Counted from the first letter of the stretch, positions 50,677-61,395 are shown. The stretch is DNA of 64,000 nucleotides from Gemmatimonas sp. (GCA_965279375.1 OZ257156.1:2976001-3040000), one strand, 5' to 3'. The notes: generated from the letters alone by a model not told the origin. Numbers and translations: made by a program.

Positions 50677-50779
50677 GGCGCTCACTCGCGAGCCGACAGA
50701 GCGGCGGATCAGATAGCCCCGGCGTCGTGTGCGTGGCGCGGACGTCTGATCCACAATCGGATGGCAGCGACTGCCGTCG

Positions 50780-51523
50780 CTAGCGAAGATCAGCTGCCAG
50801 CAACACCAGCACGCGGAACTCAGAGACCGAAACGTCTACGAGGAACCCGATCGTCCGTGGCGCCGACCTACCGAGCGGCGCGATCTCCGAGAATAGCTTG
50901 TACGAATAGCAGTCGCTCTGCGGCAGTTCGCACGACAGATCATTCAAGAAGTTGTGCCTCGCGCCGTCCCAGTCCGCACTCGGCTGCACCGGACCGGTGA
51001 ACGGAGGCGACAGTACCAGTTGGCCGGTACCTGCGCGCGACGCCGACAGAATCTCGAATGGGAACGCCTGCAGACCGGTGACGCCGACCGGCGGCCGCGG
51101 AAAGGTCGGCGTCACCAGCGAGACCGAGAGCAGATTCTCCACCGTCAGGTCAGCGCGAACGAGCACCTTGTTCGGCGACACGGCGCCGACGCTGCCCGCC
51201 GTGAAGTTCGACGTCCGAAGGTTCACCACACCGGTGCCGAGCAGCGAAAACAACACACCGTTCGCGCGTGGCCCGTCGCCGCCGATGGATGCATTCTGTT
51301 GCCCGGACGACAGACCGATCGGTGCTGACGAAACAGCGACGGTTCCCGCACGAAGGTTGAAGTCCAGGACGAACGCAATAGCGCGGTACGTCGCCGCTTG
51401 CTCTGCCCGCGTGGAAGGAGACGTGATCTCCATCGCGCTATCCGCACGGCAGGCGCCAAGCAGGACCGCCAGCGCCGTGACCCACAGTGAATGGCGTTTG
51501 CGTGCCGCCGACAGGATGAACAT
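50780..51523 (-). CDS. Hypothetical lipoprotein
   Basis: LLGAC lipobox, beta-rich sequence with a CxxxxxxC pair, co-oriented 17 bp downstream of the FecR-like gene. Confidence 0.65.
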   Translation of the reverse strand: MFILSAARKRHSLWVTALAVLLGACRADSAMEITSPSTRAEQAATYRAIAFVLDFNLRAGTVAVSSAPIGLSSGQQNASIGGDGPRANGVLFSLLGTGVVNLRTSNFTAGSVGAVSPNKVLVRADLTVENLLSVSLVTPTFPRPPVGVTGLQAFPFEILSASRAGTGQLVLSPPFTGPVQPSADWDGARHNFLNDLSCELPQSDCYSYKLFSEIAPLGRSAPRTIGFLVDVSVSEFRVLVLLAADLR

Positions 51524-51540
51524 GATGATCGCGTCCGGGC

Positions 51541-53355
51541 CTAATGGACCGGAGGCTTCGTGACGGGCAACGGGAGCTTGAGATCGGGAAACTTGAAGTC
51601 GGGCAGGGGAGCGACAGGTACCTCGCGCCGACGGCTCGCCGAGCGCGTTGCTTGTCTCCCTCGCTTGCTGGACTGGGCCTCGCTCGACCGCTGCGCCGTT
51701 GACGACGGTGGAGCGGGGACGGCAGACACGGTCAGTTGTCGTCCGTCGCGCTCGACAAGGCCGCCCACGGCCGCACCGAGCGTCGCCATCAATGAGTCCA
51801 CCGCGTTGAGCGGCACATCGACTGCGAGCGAGTCCGTAGCGGCGCGCACCGGCCGGAAGCGGACCGCCAGATCGAACCACTGGAGTATCTCCTCCGCCAC
51901 CCGTGGCGTCGGCTGGCGGGAGAGTGAGAGACGCCCGGCTCGCCAGGCGAACGCGGCGTCGCGCTGCGCTGGCGACAGCACGCTCACTTTAACGTTCGCG
52001 TCCACACCGACGGCGTTACCCGCAGTGACGCGAACGCTTACCGAGTCGTGGACCAGCTCCAGCGATCCGGAGTCCACCTGCACGAGCGTGCGGTCGCCAT
52101 CCTGGTCGAAGGCTGCCGTCACTCCAGACGTCGTCCAGCGATGCGGTCCGGTTGAGATGGCGGCGGGCTTCGCCGAATCGAGCTTGATGGATACCACGGC
52201 TGGACCGGCGATGTGGAGCGCACGTGCGCCGTCTGCAAACCCTTTGCTCGATTGCAGCGATGCGACGGCACCGAGGTGCACAATCGATCCGTCTCCGAGC
52301 GTGATGTCGCGCTGTTGCGCTGGCGCGGTAGTGCTCGACGCACCGGTGGTGTCGGACAGCGCGACGAGCGCCTGTTCTACGGGCGATGCGGCAGTCGCCG
52401 CGCGCACCGCCACGACCATCGCGACCACCACTACGGCCGCGAGGGCGAACACGGCGCCACGGGGCAGCTTTCGCCCTTCATGCTGCTTGATGTAGGCCGC
52501 CGAGCGCAGGTGAGGATGCGCAGCTGCCGATGGTGCGTGATGCGCGTTCGCGTGACCCGTCGACGGCTGCTCGGAGCTCGTTCCTGCATGCGATTGCGCG
52601 GCCCATCGGGCTACCGTGGACGAGGGCGCGACGGGCCGGTCGACATGCGCCACCGACGAGCGTGTCGAAGGCACGGCGGCGGATGTCTCCTTCGCTCGGG
52701 ACATGGCCGACTGGAGCGCTGGCGCGCTGGAGGGCTCCTCGGCCGTGACACGCACGTGCGCTGCCGTCGCTGCCGACGTCGCCATAGCCGTCTGCTGTCG
52801 CGGCGACGGGGCCGTGAGCGCAGAGACCGGAGAGCTCACCGCGGCCGCTTCGGTCGTCGCGACGGGTTGTGCGAGAGGCTGCACGACAGGCTGCACGACA
52901 GGCTGTACGACAGGCCGTGCGACAGCTGCCACCGGAGTCGCCACGAGGCCGGCGGACGGCACGTGCAACGCGCGGTCTTCCGGCAATGCCCGAGCGCGCG
53001 ACGGTCTGTTCTGCAGGCGCTGCTGTACCGCCGCTACGGTCATCAGCTGCAGGTCACCCGGAGGCGTCAGCGCTGCATCGTCAAAGCGAATCGTCTCCAG
53101 ACGTCGATCGGCCTCTAGTTGAATCGCGGCCTGCGCAGTGCGTCGCGCGTGCTGATAGAGCAGGTCTGGAGACGCGAACTGGTCGCGCGCCTGCCACGCC
53201 TCCAGTAGCACACGTTCAACCAACCGCGACCCGATCACTGGATCGCCGAGCTGCACGGTCGCAGCCCAAGCGAGCGTGGGGAAGAGTTCTTCGATGAATC
53301 GGTCGGCGGGCAGTTCAACAACGAACGCGGCGACGGACTGGGCGACATGCGTCAT
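51541..53355 (-). CDS. FecR-domain membrane protein with N-terminal ECF sigma region-2-like domain
   Basis: C-terminal TAPAQQRDITLGDGSIVHL...VDSGS...AWRAGRL (FecR), a TM helix, and N-terminal LGDPVIGSRLVERVLLEAWQARDQF...LLYQHARR. Confidence 0.75.
   Translation of the reverse strand: MTHVAQSVAAFVVELPADRFIEELFPTLAWAATVQLGDPVIGSRLVERVLLEAWQARDQFASPDLLYQHARRTAQAAIQLEADRRLETIRFDDAALTPPGDLQLMTVAAVQQRLQNRPSRARALPEDRALHVPSAGLVATPVAAVARPVVQPVVQPVVQPLAQPVATTEAAAVSSPVSALTAPSPRQQTAMATSAATAAHVRVTAEEPSSAPALQSAMSRAKETSAAVPSTRSSVAHVDRPVAPSSTVARWAAQSHAGTSSEQPSTGHANAHHAPSAAAHPHLRSAAYIKQHEGRKLPRGAVFALAAVVVVAMVVAVRAATAASPVEQALVALSDTTGASSTTAPAQQRDITLGDGSIVHLGAVASLQSSKGFADGARALHIAGPAVVSIKLDSAKPAAISTGPHRWTTSGVTAAFDQDGDRTLVQVDSGSLELVHDSVSVRVTAGNAVGVDANVKVSVLSPAQRDAAFAWRAGRLSLSRQPTPRVAEEILQWFDLAVRFRPVRAATDSLAVDVPLNAVDSLMATLGAAVGGLVERDGRQLTVSAVPAPPSSTAQRSSEAQSSKRGRQATRSASRRREVPVAPLPDFKFPDLKLPLPVTKPPVH
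52876..52915. repeat. 12-bp in-frame tandem repeat encoding PVVQ x3
   Basis: AGGCTG[C/T]ACGAC x3. Confidence 0.8.
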
Positions 53356-53510
53356 GAACGAAAGCTGCGCCGCACGTTCGCTGCGCGCAGCAGCGCGCGC
53401 GTTTCGACCCGGCGAGTTCCGGTCAAGAAGCGGTAACGGCACTCCCGCACTCTTCGTGACCGAGGGCTACCACGGTCATGACTCGTGGCCACTGACCCGC
53501 GCGAAACGAG

Positions 53511-53540
53511 AAACGGGGGACCCGCGTGGGTCCCCCGTTT
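53511..53540 (-). terminator. Intrinsic terminator after the DUF1501 gene
   Basis: AAACGGGGGACCC-GCGT-GGGTCCCCCGTTT perfect stem. Confidence 0.85.
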
Positions 53541-53564
53541 GATTTAACCGCGTATTGCCGACGG

Positions 53565-54875
53565 TCAGGGCCGCGTGACGCCGTACACCTTGGGTACGTA
53601 GCCGGGGAATACGGTTGAGATGTTCGGATTGCCCAAGCGGTTCTGCACGATCTCGGCGAGAATGTCGCGGTGATCGAGCGTGACCTTGAGATCCTGTCCG
53701 CTCTCCAGATTGTCGCGCGACAAGCCCGGCCAGCCGTTGATGAGCACCTTGCCGCCGGCGATCTTCTTGCCCATCGCGAACGCGACGTTTCCGCGACCAT
53801 GATCCGTGCCGCGATTGCCGTTCTCACGCGCGTTGCGACCGAATTCCGACACGACGACGACGGTCACACCGTACGACGTCGTGCCCATGATCACGTCGGA
53901 GTAGAAGGCGGCCAGCGTGCTCGAGAGCTCCAGCATCTTGCCGTGCATGTAGCCACCGTCGAGCGTGGCGATCGGTCCGGCCGTGGCGTGCGTGTCCCAG
54001 CCGCCGTTGAACGCGTGCACCGCTTCGACACCGACATCCGCCTTGATCAACGCGGCCGCCGACTTGAGCGCGTTGCCGAAGCCCGTGTTGGGGTACACGG
54101 CGCCGTTGGATGGCGCGTAGCCCGTGAAATTGATGGCCTGCAACAGCGACATCGTGTTCGTGGTGTCGAGCGCATTCGAACTCACCGGATCCAGCGCAGT
54201 GCCGTAGTTGCTCGCCAGCCAACTCGAGCGCGCGGCACCGGTGGCGTTGCTGCCACCGATCGCGGCATTGGCCGGGTTGGGAATCGGTAGCGCCTTGGGC
54301 GCGCCCGACAATGTCTGCGGCATACCGGTGGTGAGACCGAGGGCGCGCAGCGGTGCGGTGGTGCGGATCGGCGTTGACGTCGCCAGATGCCGTCCCAGCC
54401 ACCCCGAGGTCAAGCTCGGATCTGCCGGCTTACCCACTTCCATGTAGCGCTGCGCGTCGAAGTGCGAGCGCGAGTTGTTGATGGACCCCGTGGCGTGCGC
54501 CACGAGAAGATGACCGGCGGTGTACGCTGGCATCAACGGCGTCATGCCCGGCGCGAAACCGAAGAAGTTGTCGAGCGCGGTCAGCTTGGGACCCGTGCCG
54601 GCCGCATCAGGACGCGGGATCGCGATGTTCGGGCGCCCCGTGTAGTAGTCCGGATCGCCGAAGGGCGAGACCAGCGACATGCCGTCCACGCCACCACTCA
54701 GGAACACCGAGATGATGATGTCGCGGTTGGACGCCGACGTCTGCGCAAGCACGACGTTGGGCAACCACGTCGGCAGGAATGCGGCGATGCCGAAACCGGT
54801 CGCCGTCATCAGGAAGTCGCGGCGCGCGAGTTGGTTGTACTCCGTGCACGCGTTGTCGAAGTGCTCGTCAGTCAT
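53565..54875 (-). CDS. DUF1501 family Tat-exported protein
   Basis: ARRDFL, FLSGGVDG, RSHFDAQ, GWLGR, GGWDTH and SEFGR..ENG..GTDHG. Confidence 0.93.
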   Translation of the reverse strand: MTDEHFDNACTEYNQLARRDFLMTATGFGIAAFLPTWLPNVVLAQTSASNRDIIISVFLSGGVDGMSLVSPFGDPDYYTGRPNIAIPRPDAAGTGPKLTALDNFFGFAPGMTPLMPAYTAGHLLVAHATGSINNSRSHFDAQRYMEVGKPADPSLTSGWLGRHLATSTPIRTTAPLRALGLTTGMPQTLSGAPKALPIPNPANAAIGGSNATGAARSSWLASNYGTALDPVSSNALDTTNTMSLLQAINFTGYAPSNGAVYPNTGFGNALKSAAALIKADVGVEAVHAFNGGWDTHATAGPIATLDGGYMHGKMLELSSTLAAFYSDVIMGTTSYGVTVVVVSEFGRNARENGNRGTDHGRGNVAFAMGKKIAGGKVLINGWPGLSRDNLESGQDLKVTLDHRDILAEIVQNRLGNPNISTVFPGYVPKVYGVTRP

Positions 54876-54928
54876 GCATGCCACCCAGAGAAGTTGAAGA
54901 CGCTGGTACGGTCGACGGAATCACTCGA

Positions 54929-56494
54929 CTAGAACCACTGAAACTGATTGGCGCTGCCTGCGAGCGACAACGTCTCGCGCACACGCGCATCGTTGTAGGT
55001 CCCGCCGCGCAGATACGTCAGCAGCGACGTGCGCAACGCGGCCGGCATCTCACCGCCGTACATGCGGGTGTTGATCTGCGCGACGACGCCGTCCGCCGTG
55101 TCCGGCGTGCGGAACGGCGCGGTGTCCACGCGCGTCTGCGCGGCGTTGTTGCGGTTGGACATGTCTACCATGAAGCTCCACCGCCCCAACACGAGACCAC
55201 TCCACCAATCCACGCGGTCGGGATAGCCGTTGGGCTGTTCCCAGAAGAAGATCGGCTGGCCCATCTGGTCGGCGCGCTGCCGCACCGAACGCACGTTCGC
55301 GACGGTCGCGCCCATGCCGCGCAGCGCCGACGTGGCGAGATGGAACGGGCGCTTGTACTTCGCAGGTGCCGCCGTGAGGTTCTTCGCCGAGAGAATCGTG
55401 CGAATCATCGAGGGGATGTCGCCATTCGTCGCGGTGAACACCGCAGCGGTCGCATCCACCACCGCCTGCGGCGGCGTGTAGGCCAGCAGCCAGCGCGACA
55501 TCTTGAGCGCGATGTACTTCGCCGTCGCGGGATGATTGAGCAGCATGTCGATCGCCGACTCGCCTTCAGCCAACTGCAGTGCGGCCGTGTTGGTCGCCGT
55601 TCCACCCGGGAACGCGCGCCCGAGGAACGTCTTGGCGCCGTTGTCGTGATTGCCGGTGGAGAAGTTGAAGTCGCCGTTGCCGGCCACGGTCCACCCGGTC
55701 AGAATGCGCGAGAGCTCAGCGACGTCGTTCTGCGTGTAGCCGTTGTCCACGCCCAGCGTGTGCAGCTCCATGATTTCGCGCGCGTAGTTCTGGTTCGGCG
55801 CGCCACGCGTGCTGCGATTCTGGTCGAGATACACCAGCATCGCGCCGCTCTTGGAGGTCGCCTTGAGCAGCGTCTTGAAGTTGCCAAGCGCGTGCAGGCG
55901 AATCACGTCGCGGTCGTCGGTGATCTTGCGAACGCCGACCTTGTTCATGCTGATCGTGAAGTGGTCGGTCCAGAACTCGACCATCCGCTCCTTCAGCTGG
56001 CGCTTCGAGAACGCCGCGCGATAGAGCGCCGAGTCGCTCAGCTGATTCATCGCTTCGTTGCTGTCGACGCCTGCCGCGACGAGCTGCGGATACGTCCAGT
56101 TGGTCATCGGCATCGTCGCGGTGATCGCCGTCTCCACCGCCGTATCATCGATGCTGGCCGGCGCGAGATGGTAATTCAGATAGCCCGCGTATCCCAGGCG
56201 ACGCGCAATCGCGACTTCATCCGGCGACATACCCATCGTGATGCGACGGACGAGCCGGAGCACGGGATCCTTCCAGTCGGCGGATGCATCCACCTTCGCG
56301 CCAGTCGGTGTCGACGGCTGAAAGGGATTCGGGCGACCACGGCTGGTCTGCGCATCGGCCGTTCGCGTGGCAGCGAGTGCCGCCGCAGCGGTCGCACCCA
56401 TGGCAAAGAAACGGCGGCGACTCGGACGGGTGTCGTCCGTCTCGCTCGTCTGGTCGGTGTGCTCAGTCGGGTCCGACTCGAGGTTCGTAGTCAT
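54929..56494 (-). CDS. DUF1800 family Tat-exported protein
   Basis: SRRRFF, QLKERMVEFWTDHF, YLD, NQNYAREIMELHTLG and TGW. Confidence 0.93.
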   Translation of the reverse strand: MTTNLESDPTEHTDQTSETDDTRPSRRRFFAMGATAAAALAATRTADAQTSRGRPNPFQPSTPTGAKVDASADWKDPVLRLVRRITMGMSPDEVAIARRLGYAGYLNYHLAPASIDDTAVETAITATMPMTNWTYPQLVAAGVDSNEAMNQLSDSALYRAAFSKRQLKERMVEFWTDHFTISMNKVGVRKITDDRDVIRLHALGNFKTLLKATSKSGAMLVYLDQNRSTRGAPNQNYAREIMELHTLGVDNGYTQNDVAELSRILTGWTVAGNGDFNFSTGNHDNGAKTFLGRAFPGGTATNTAALQLAEGESAIDMLLNHPATAKYIALKMSRWLLAYTPPQAVVDATAAVFTATNGDIPSMIRTILSAKNLTAAPAKYKRPFHLATSALRGMGATVANVRSVRQRADQMGQPIFFWEQPNGYPDRVDWWSGLVLGRWSFMVDMSNRNNAAQTRVDTAPFRTPDTADGVVAQINTRMYGGEMPAALRTSLLTYLRGGTYNDARVRETLSLAGSANQFQWF

Positions 56495-56771
56495 CCGAAT
56501 ACCGGTGCACGTGGCTGGAAAAACGACGGGCTGCAGCGAAGAGCGACGCTGGCCGGGGACTCGACCAACCAGCGTTGCGAACTCGTCAGGACTATCCGAC
56601 ACGAACGCTCGGGTTCGAGCGACGGATAGTCAACCATGAATTGTGATAAATGCAGCGTTGTCCGGCACGAAATGTCACGTAGTCACTACAAGCCGCGGCA
56701 ATCGCGCCGGAACCTACCGTTGCAACGAGCACGCCACCGGCGCTGGCGCACCTCGACGTCAACAAAGACGA

Positions 56772-58055
56772 TCAGAGCGTACGAGCGTTAATTCCGTAGA
56801 TCGCCTGGAGCAGTGCCAGGGCCACAAAGCCGACCACGCCGCCGAAGCCCAGAATGAGCACAGGTTCCAGCAGCGTGACAGCCTTGGTCACCGCACCCTG
56901 TACGTCGCCCTCAGCGGCCTCCGCGGCGCGTGACGCCATGACCGGGAGGTCTCCGCCCGCCTCGCCTGCCTCCAGCAGCCGCACCGCCAGCGGAGGCAGC
57001 ACTCCGGTGAGCCCTCCGGCGAGTGTGCCGCCGTCCCGCACCCGCAGCTCGGCGGCGGCCAGGTCATCGTTCAGGCGCGAGTTGGGCACCACGGCGCGCG
57101 CCAACGCCATGGACGAGAGCAGGGGGACGCCCGACCGCAACGCGACCGCCAGGGTGCCCGCGTAGCCGGCCGCGGCGCGCGTGCGGAGCAGCCGCCCGAC
57201 GACAGGCCACCGCAGTACCGCCGCGTCCACGCGACGGCGCCATGATGAATCGTTCATCGCACGACGCCAGAGCACGGCGCTGAGCATCGCCAGCAGCAGG
57301 GCAATCCACCACCCGCGCGTCACCGCCGCACTCGCTGCAATGAGGAGCCGCGTACTCGTCGGCAGCGTCCCACCGCTCTCCTCGATCATCCCGGCGAAGC
57401 GCGGCACCACCAGCAGCATGATGACCGTGACACCCACCACCGAGGCCAGCCCAAGGATGGCCGGATAGACGAGCGCACCCTGCAGTCGTCGGCGCACCGC
57501 ATCGCTACGCTCGACATGGTCGGCCAGCATGACGAGCGCGGCACTCAACGTGCCCGAGGCTTCACCAGCCGCGATGGTCGGCGCAAAATACGACGGAAAG
57601 AGCGCATCGCGGGTGATCGCGCTCGCGAGGCTTTGTCCGTTGCGGACCGCGTCGCGCACGCGCGTGAAGCTCTGGCGCGAAGCGTCATCGGGAGCCTGCG
57701 ACACCGCAAACGCCAGCGCACGATCGAGCGGCACTCCGGCCGACAACAACGTGGCCATGGCGCGCGTGACGATGGCGAGATCACGTGCGCTGGCACCGGT
57801 GCGCTGCGGCCACCAACGCGGCGACGTGGCGCCGCTCGACATCGGTGAACCCGACACGGAGTTCACCGACTGCGCCGCCCCCACGTCGCGCGACGCATTC
57901 GACGATGGCGTGAGCGTCGTCACCCACAACGATCGCCTGCGCAACGCATCGATGGCCTCGCGCTCGGAGGCGGCCTCGATTTCTCCCGAGACGGGCGCGC
58001 CGGCCGCGTCGGCCGCAACGTATCGCCAGCGCACGCCGCTGGTCGTCGCCGTCAC
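56772..58055 (-). CDS. gspF: Type II secretion inner-membrane platform protein F
   Basis: LATLLSAGVPL-like motif, AGEASG, ALVYP and LLEP; GTGA overlap with the gspE stop. Confidence 0.92.
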   Translation of the reverse strand: MTATTSGVRWRYVAADAAGAPVSGEIEAASEREAIDALRRRSLWVTTLTPSSNASRDVGAAQSVNSVSGSPMSSGATSPRWWPQRTGASARDLAIVTRAMATLLSAGVPLDRALAFAVSQAPDDASRQSFTRVRDAVRNGQSLASAITRDALFPSYFAPTIAAGEASGTLSAALVMLADHVERSDAVRRRLQGALVYPAILGLASVVGVTVIMLLVVPRFAGMIEESGGTLPTSTRLLIAASAAVTRGWWIALLLAMLSAVLWRRAMNDSSWRRRVDAAVLRWPVVGRLLRTRAAAGYAGTLAVALRSGVPLLSSMALARAVVPNSRLNDDLAAAELRVRDGGTLAGGLTGVLPPLAVRLLEAGEAGGDLPVMASRAAEAAEGDVQGAVTKAVTLLEPVLILGFGGVVGFVALALLQAIYGINARTL

Positions 58056-59572
58056 CGTCCGTCGTCCTCGCTGACGACGCGCGCGACCTCGTCCACCGTG
58101 GTACGTCCTTCGCGCACAAGTCGCCAGCCATCGTCGCGCAACGACGCGACCCCGCGCGTGCGCGCCAGCGTGCGAAGCTGCTCGAGCGACGCACCGGACA
58201 CGAACGCCTGCCGCATCGATTCGTCGAGCGCGAGCAGTTCCGAGATTGCCGCACGTCCGCGAAAGCCCGTGCCTGCGCACTGTGCACAGCCACCGCCCGA
58301 TCGAAGTTGGGTGATGGGAAGCGCCGGCGCCGACGCACCGCCAACCCCACCCATGAGGGCGATTTCGTCGCTCGTTGGAGCACGCCACTCGGCGCACGAA
58401 CTGCACACCGTACGCACCAAGCGCTGCGCGAGTACACCGTGCAGGGTGGCGGACAGCAGATACGGTGGCACCCCCATCTCCGCGAGACGTGGTAGCGCAC
58501 CGGTGGCATCGGTGGTGTGCAACGTGCTGAGCACCAGATGGCCGGTCAGCGCGGCCTGCACGGCAATCTCCGCCGTCTCCGCATCGCGCATCTCGCCCAC
58601 GAGAATCACATCGGGATCATGGCGCAGGATCGCTCGCAGCGCATTCGCAAACCCGAATCCTGCCTTGGTGTTGACGGGCAACTGTACGACGCCATCGAGG
58701 CGATACTCCACGGGATCTTCCACCGTGACCACCTTCACGCCCGGCGTGCTGCGTTCAGCCAGTGCGGCGTAGAGCGTCGTCGTCTTGCCGGAGCCCGTTG
58801 GGCCAGTCACCAGCACCAGCCCCGACGAGCGCGCCAGCATGCGCGACAGCTCAGCACGCACCGCGTCCGACATCCCGAGTTCGGCGAGACGACGCGTCTC
58901 CGTGCCGCCGCCTCCGTCGAGCAGACGCAGTACCAGACTTTCGCCGTGCAATGCGGGCAGCGTGCTCACACGGATATCCAGCTCGCGTGCGCCGATGCGT
59001 ATGCGAGTGCGGCCGTCCTGCGGCAGGCGACGTTCAGCGATGTCGAGCCCCGCCAGCACTTTGAGCCGCGAGATGACCGCCGCCTGAAAGCCCATTCCCA
59101 GCTGCTGCGCGTCGTGCAGCACTCCATCGAGTCGCAGCCGAATGCGAAGCCCGCTCTCCACCGATTCCACGTGGATGTCACTCGCGCCCGCCTGCATCGC
59201 TTCGGCCAGCATCGCGTTCACTACCTGCACCACGGGTTCGCGACTCGCGAGCGCGCGCAGGTCGTCCAGTGTCTCGGCGTGCTCGCCGAGCAGGGGGTCG
59301 TTCGCGCTGGATGTCGCGGTGTGGCCGCGCGGCGCCGACACGAGCGCAGCTCGAATGTCCGCAGCCGGGAAGGGCACCACCCGCACTGCAGCGCCTAGCG
59401 TGCGCGCGAGCGCATCCTGCACGAGCGTGGGCGGCGCGCCGTCGCTCGCGACGAGCACGACGCCGTCCTCGAGCGCCAGCGGCAGCACCGCGTACTCCTC
59501 GAGCCAGCGCGCCGGGAAGCGCAGCGCCAACGCACCGGCCGCCGCGGTGCGAAGATCCCGGGCGTCACTCAT
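58052..59572 (-). CDS. gspE: Type II secretion ATPase E
   Basis: ASDIH, ERRLPQDG, GPTGSGKT, EDPVE, DPDVILVGEMRD, HLVLSTLH and CxxC...CxxC. Confidence 0.95.
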   Translation of the reverse strand: MSDARDLRTAAAGALALRFPARWLEEYAVLPLALEDGVVLVASDGAPPTLVQDALARTLGAAVRVVPFPAADIRAALVSAPRGHTATSSANDPLLGEHAETLDDLRALASREPVVQVVNAMLAEAMQAGASDIHVESVESGLRIRLRLDGVLHDAQQLGMGFQAAVISRLKVLAGLDIAERRLPQDGRTRIRIGARELDIRVSTLPALHGESLVLRLLDGGGGTETRRLAELGMSDAVRAELSRMLARSSGLVLVTGPTGSGKTTTLYAALAERSTPGVKVVTVEDPVEYRLDGVVQLPVNTKAGFGFANALRAILRHDPDVILVGEMRDAETAEIAVQAALTGHLVLSTLHTTDATGALPRLAEMGVPPYLLSATLHGVLAQRLVRTVCSSCAEWRAPTSDEIALMGGVGGASAPALPITQLRSGGGCAQCAGTGFRGRAAISELLALDESMRQAFVSGASLEQLRTLARTRGVASLRDDGWRLVREGRTTVDEVARVVSEDDGR

Positions 59573-61395
59573 TCATCACCTGGCGGCGGTTTCTTCGCCG
59601 CCGGCGTTCCGTCCAACGCGCCCGGCGAACGCGATTCCATGCTCTTCCGCACACGCTCACGGATGGCGTCGGCGTCCGCATCGGAGCGGATGAGATACGG
59701 CGTGACGAAGATCGCAAGCTCGGTACGCTGCCGGCTCACGGTCTGCCGCTTGAAGAGCGCGCCGAGGAACGGGATGTCCATCAACAGCGGAATACCCTGA
59801 TCCTGCGTCGTGCGTGACTCGCCGATGAGTCCCGCGATCACTACGGTCTGACCGTCGCGCAGCACCGCCCGTGTGGACGCTTCGCGCGTGGAGATGATCG
59901 GCGCGCTCAGCGCGGCCGACACCGTCTGCTGCGTGAGTGAGCTCACTTCCTGCAGCAGCTGCACCGACACGTACCCGTCGTCGTTGATCGTGGGCAGGAT
60001 CGAGAGCTTGGTGCCTACGTCCTGGTACTGCACGGCGCGATCGATGGAGACGTCGTTGCCCAGTCGCGTGGACGAGATGAACGGGACTTTGCTGCCTACG
60101 AGAATGGTCGCTTCACGATTGTTCGCGGCGATGATCTCCGGTGTGGAAAGCACGCGCACGTCGCTCTTGGAGGCGATGGTGCGCAACAGTGCGCGCACGG
60201 CCGTGCCGTCCAGTCGCACAAGACGCAGCAGCGCCGAGGTCGAACCCGTGTCGGGAACCTGGGGGTTGCCGAACTGCGCGTTCACATCACCGCCGCGATT
60301 GATCGCTGCCCAGTCGAGCCCGAACTCGCTGCCGCGCCCCAGTGCGATCTCGGCGATCGTCACCTCGAAGAGAACCTGCGCCGGCCGCGTATCCAGCGCG
60401 TCGATCGTTTCGCGCAGCAGCGGAAAGTTAGGCGGCGCCGTGCGAATGACGAGCGCGTTGGTCGGCGCATTGGCCACGATCGTCGTGCGCCCCACCAGCA
60501 GCCCCGCTGCGGAGTCACGCGGCGAGGCAGCGATTGGCGCGGCCGCGGTGGTCGTGCCCGGCGTTGTGGTGTTGCGCATGCGGAATGTTTCCGCATCGCG
60601 CTGACGGAACGAGTCGAGCGCGCGTGACAACGAGCGATCGGCAATGGAGCCGCTCACGTTGCTCGCCACCTGAATGCCGAACAGCTGCCCCAGTGCGCCA
60701 GCCAGATCGTTCGCGGCCGCGTACTTGAGATTCACCACGTACGTACGCAGCCCAGACTCGCCTGCTGGCGCCGAGTCCAGCTTGCGCAGCAGATCGAGAT
60801 AGCGCGCCACGTTCACGCCGCGATCGGTGATGAGCAGGGCGTTCGATCGCGCAACCGGTTCGATGCGCGCACCCTTGGCCACAATGGCGCGCAGCGCATC
60901 CGCTCCTTCGTCCGCTCGGATCGACTGCAGCGGCACGAGCTGCGTGACCAGGCCGAGCGGCGGCGGATCGGGGAAATCGAATCCCGTGCGTAACGTCCCG
61001 GTCGCCGGCGCTTTGTCCGACGGCAGCACCTGCGCGACGTTGCCCTTGTTCACGAGCATCAGATCGTGCGACTCGAGCAACGACTCCAGAACAGCCTCCA
61101 GATCGCCCGGCTTCATCGGCGATGCCGTGGAGAACGTCACGCGCACATCGGGCAACTCCGACGTGACGATCGTCCGCCCCAGCATCGACGCAAGCGTACG
61201 AATGACGTCGGCCAGGCGCGCGTTGGAGAAATCGAGCGTCGTGCCGCGCGCTGGCTGTGCAGCGCTGCCGCCGGTCGCGGGTTGTTGTGCACCCGCGCTC
61301 GCGGCCGGCGGGAGCAACGCGACGCCACACACGGCGACCAGCGAGGATACTCGCCGTGCGCGCGACCAAAGTTTCTCGGAGCTGACCTTCACCAT
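59569..61395 (-). CDS. gspD: Type II secretion secretin D (start may be 61512, which has an ATGA overlap with the upstream gene)
   Basis: N0 domain LDFSNARL, LDTRPAQV.FEVTIAE, LSTP, GQTVVIAGL, GIPLLMDIPFLGALF and ELAIFVTP. Confidence 0.93.
   Translation of the reverse strand: MVKVSSEKLWSRARRVSSLVAVCGVALLPPAASAGAQQPATGGSAAQPARGTTLDFSNARLADVIRTLASMLGRTIVTSELPDVRVTFSTASPMKPGDLEAVLESLLESHDLMLVNKGNVAQVLPSDKAPATGTLRTGFDFPDPPPLGLVTQLVPLQSIRADEGADALRAIVAKGARIEPVARSNALLITDRGVNVARYLDLLRKLDSAPAGESGLRTYVVNLKYAAANDLAGALGQLFGIQVASNVSGSIADRSLSRALDSFRQRDAETFRMRNTTTPGTTTAAAPIAASPRDSAAGLLVGRTTIVANAPTNALVIRTAPPNFPLLRETIDALDTRPAQVLFEVTIAEIALGRGSEFGLDWAAINRGGDVNAQFGNPQVPDTGSTSALLRLVRLDGTAVRALLRTIASKSDVRVLSTPEIIAANNREATILVGSKVPFISSTRLGNDVSIDRAVQYQDVGTKLSILPTINDDGYVSVQLLQEVSSLTQQTVSAALSAPIISTREASTRAVLRDGQTVVIAGLIGESRTTQDQGIPLLMDIPFLGALFKRQTVSRQRTELAIFVTPYLIRSDADADAIRERVRKSMESRSPGALDGTPAAKKPPPGDE

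Noticed and set aside
53470..53488. Imperfect palindrome CCACGGTCATGACTCGTGG upstream of the FecR-like gene as an operator
   Set aside because: Single imperfect instance, and the GTCATGAC core also occurs inside coding regions.
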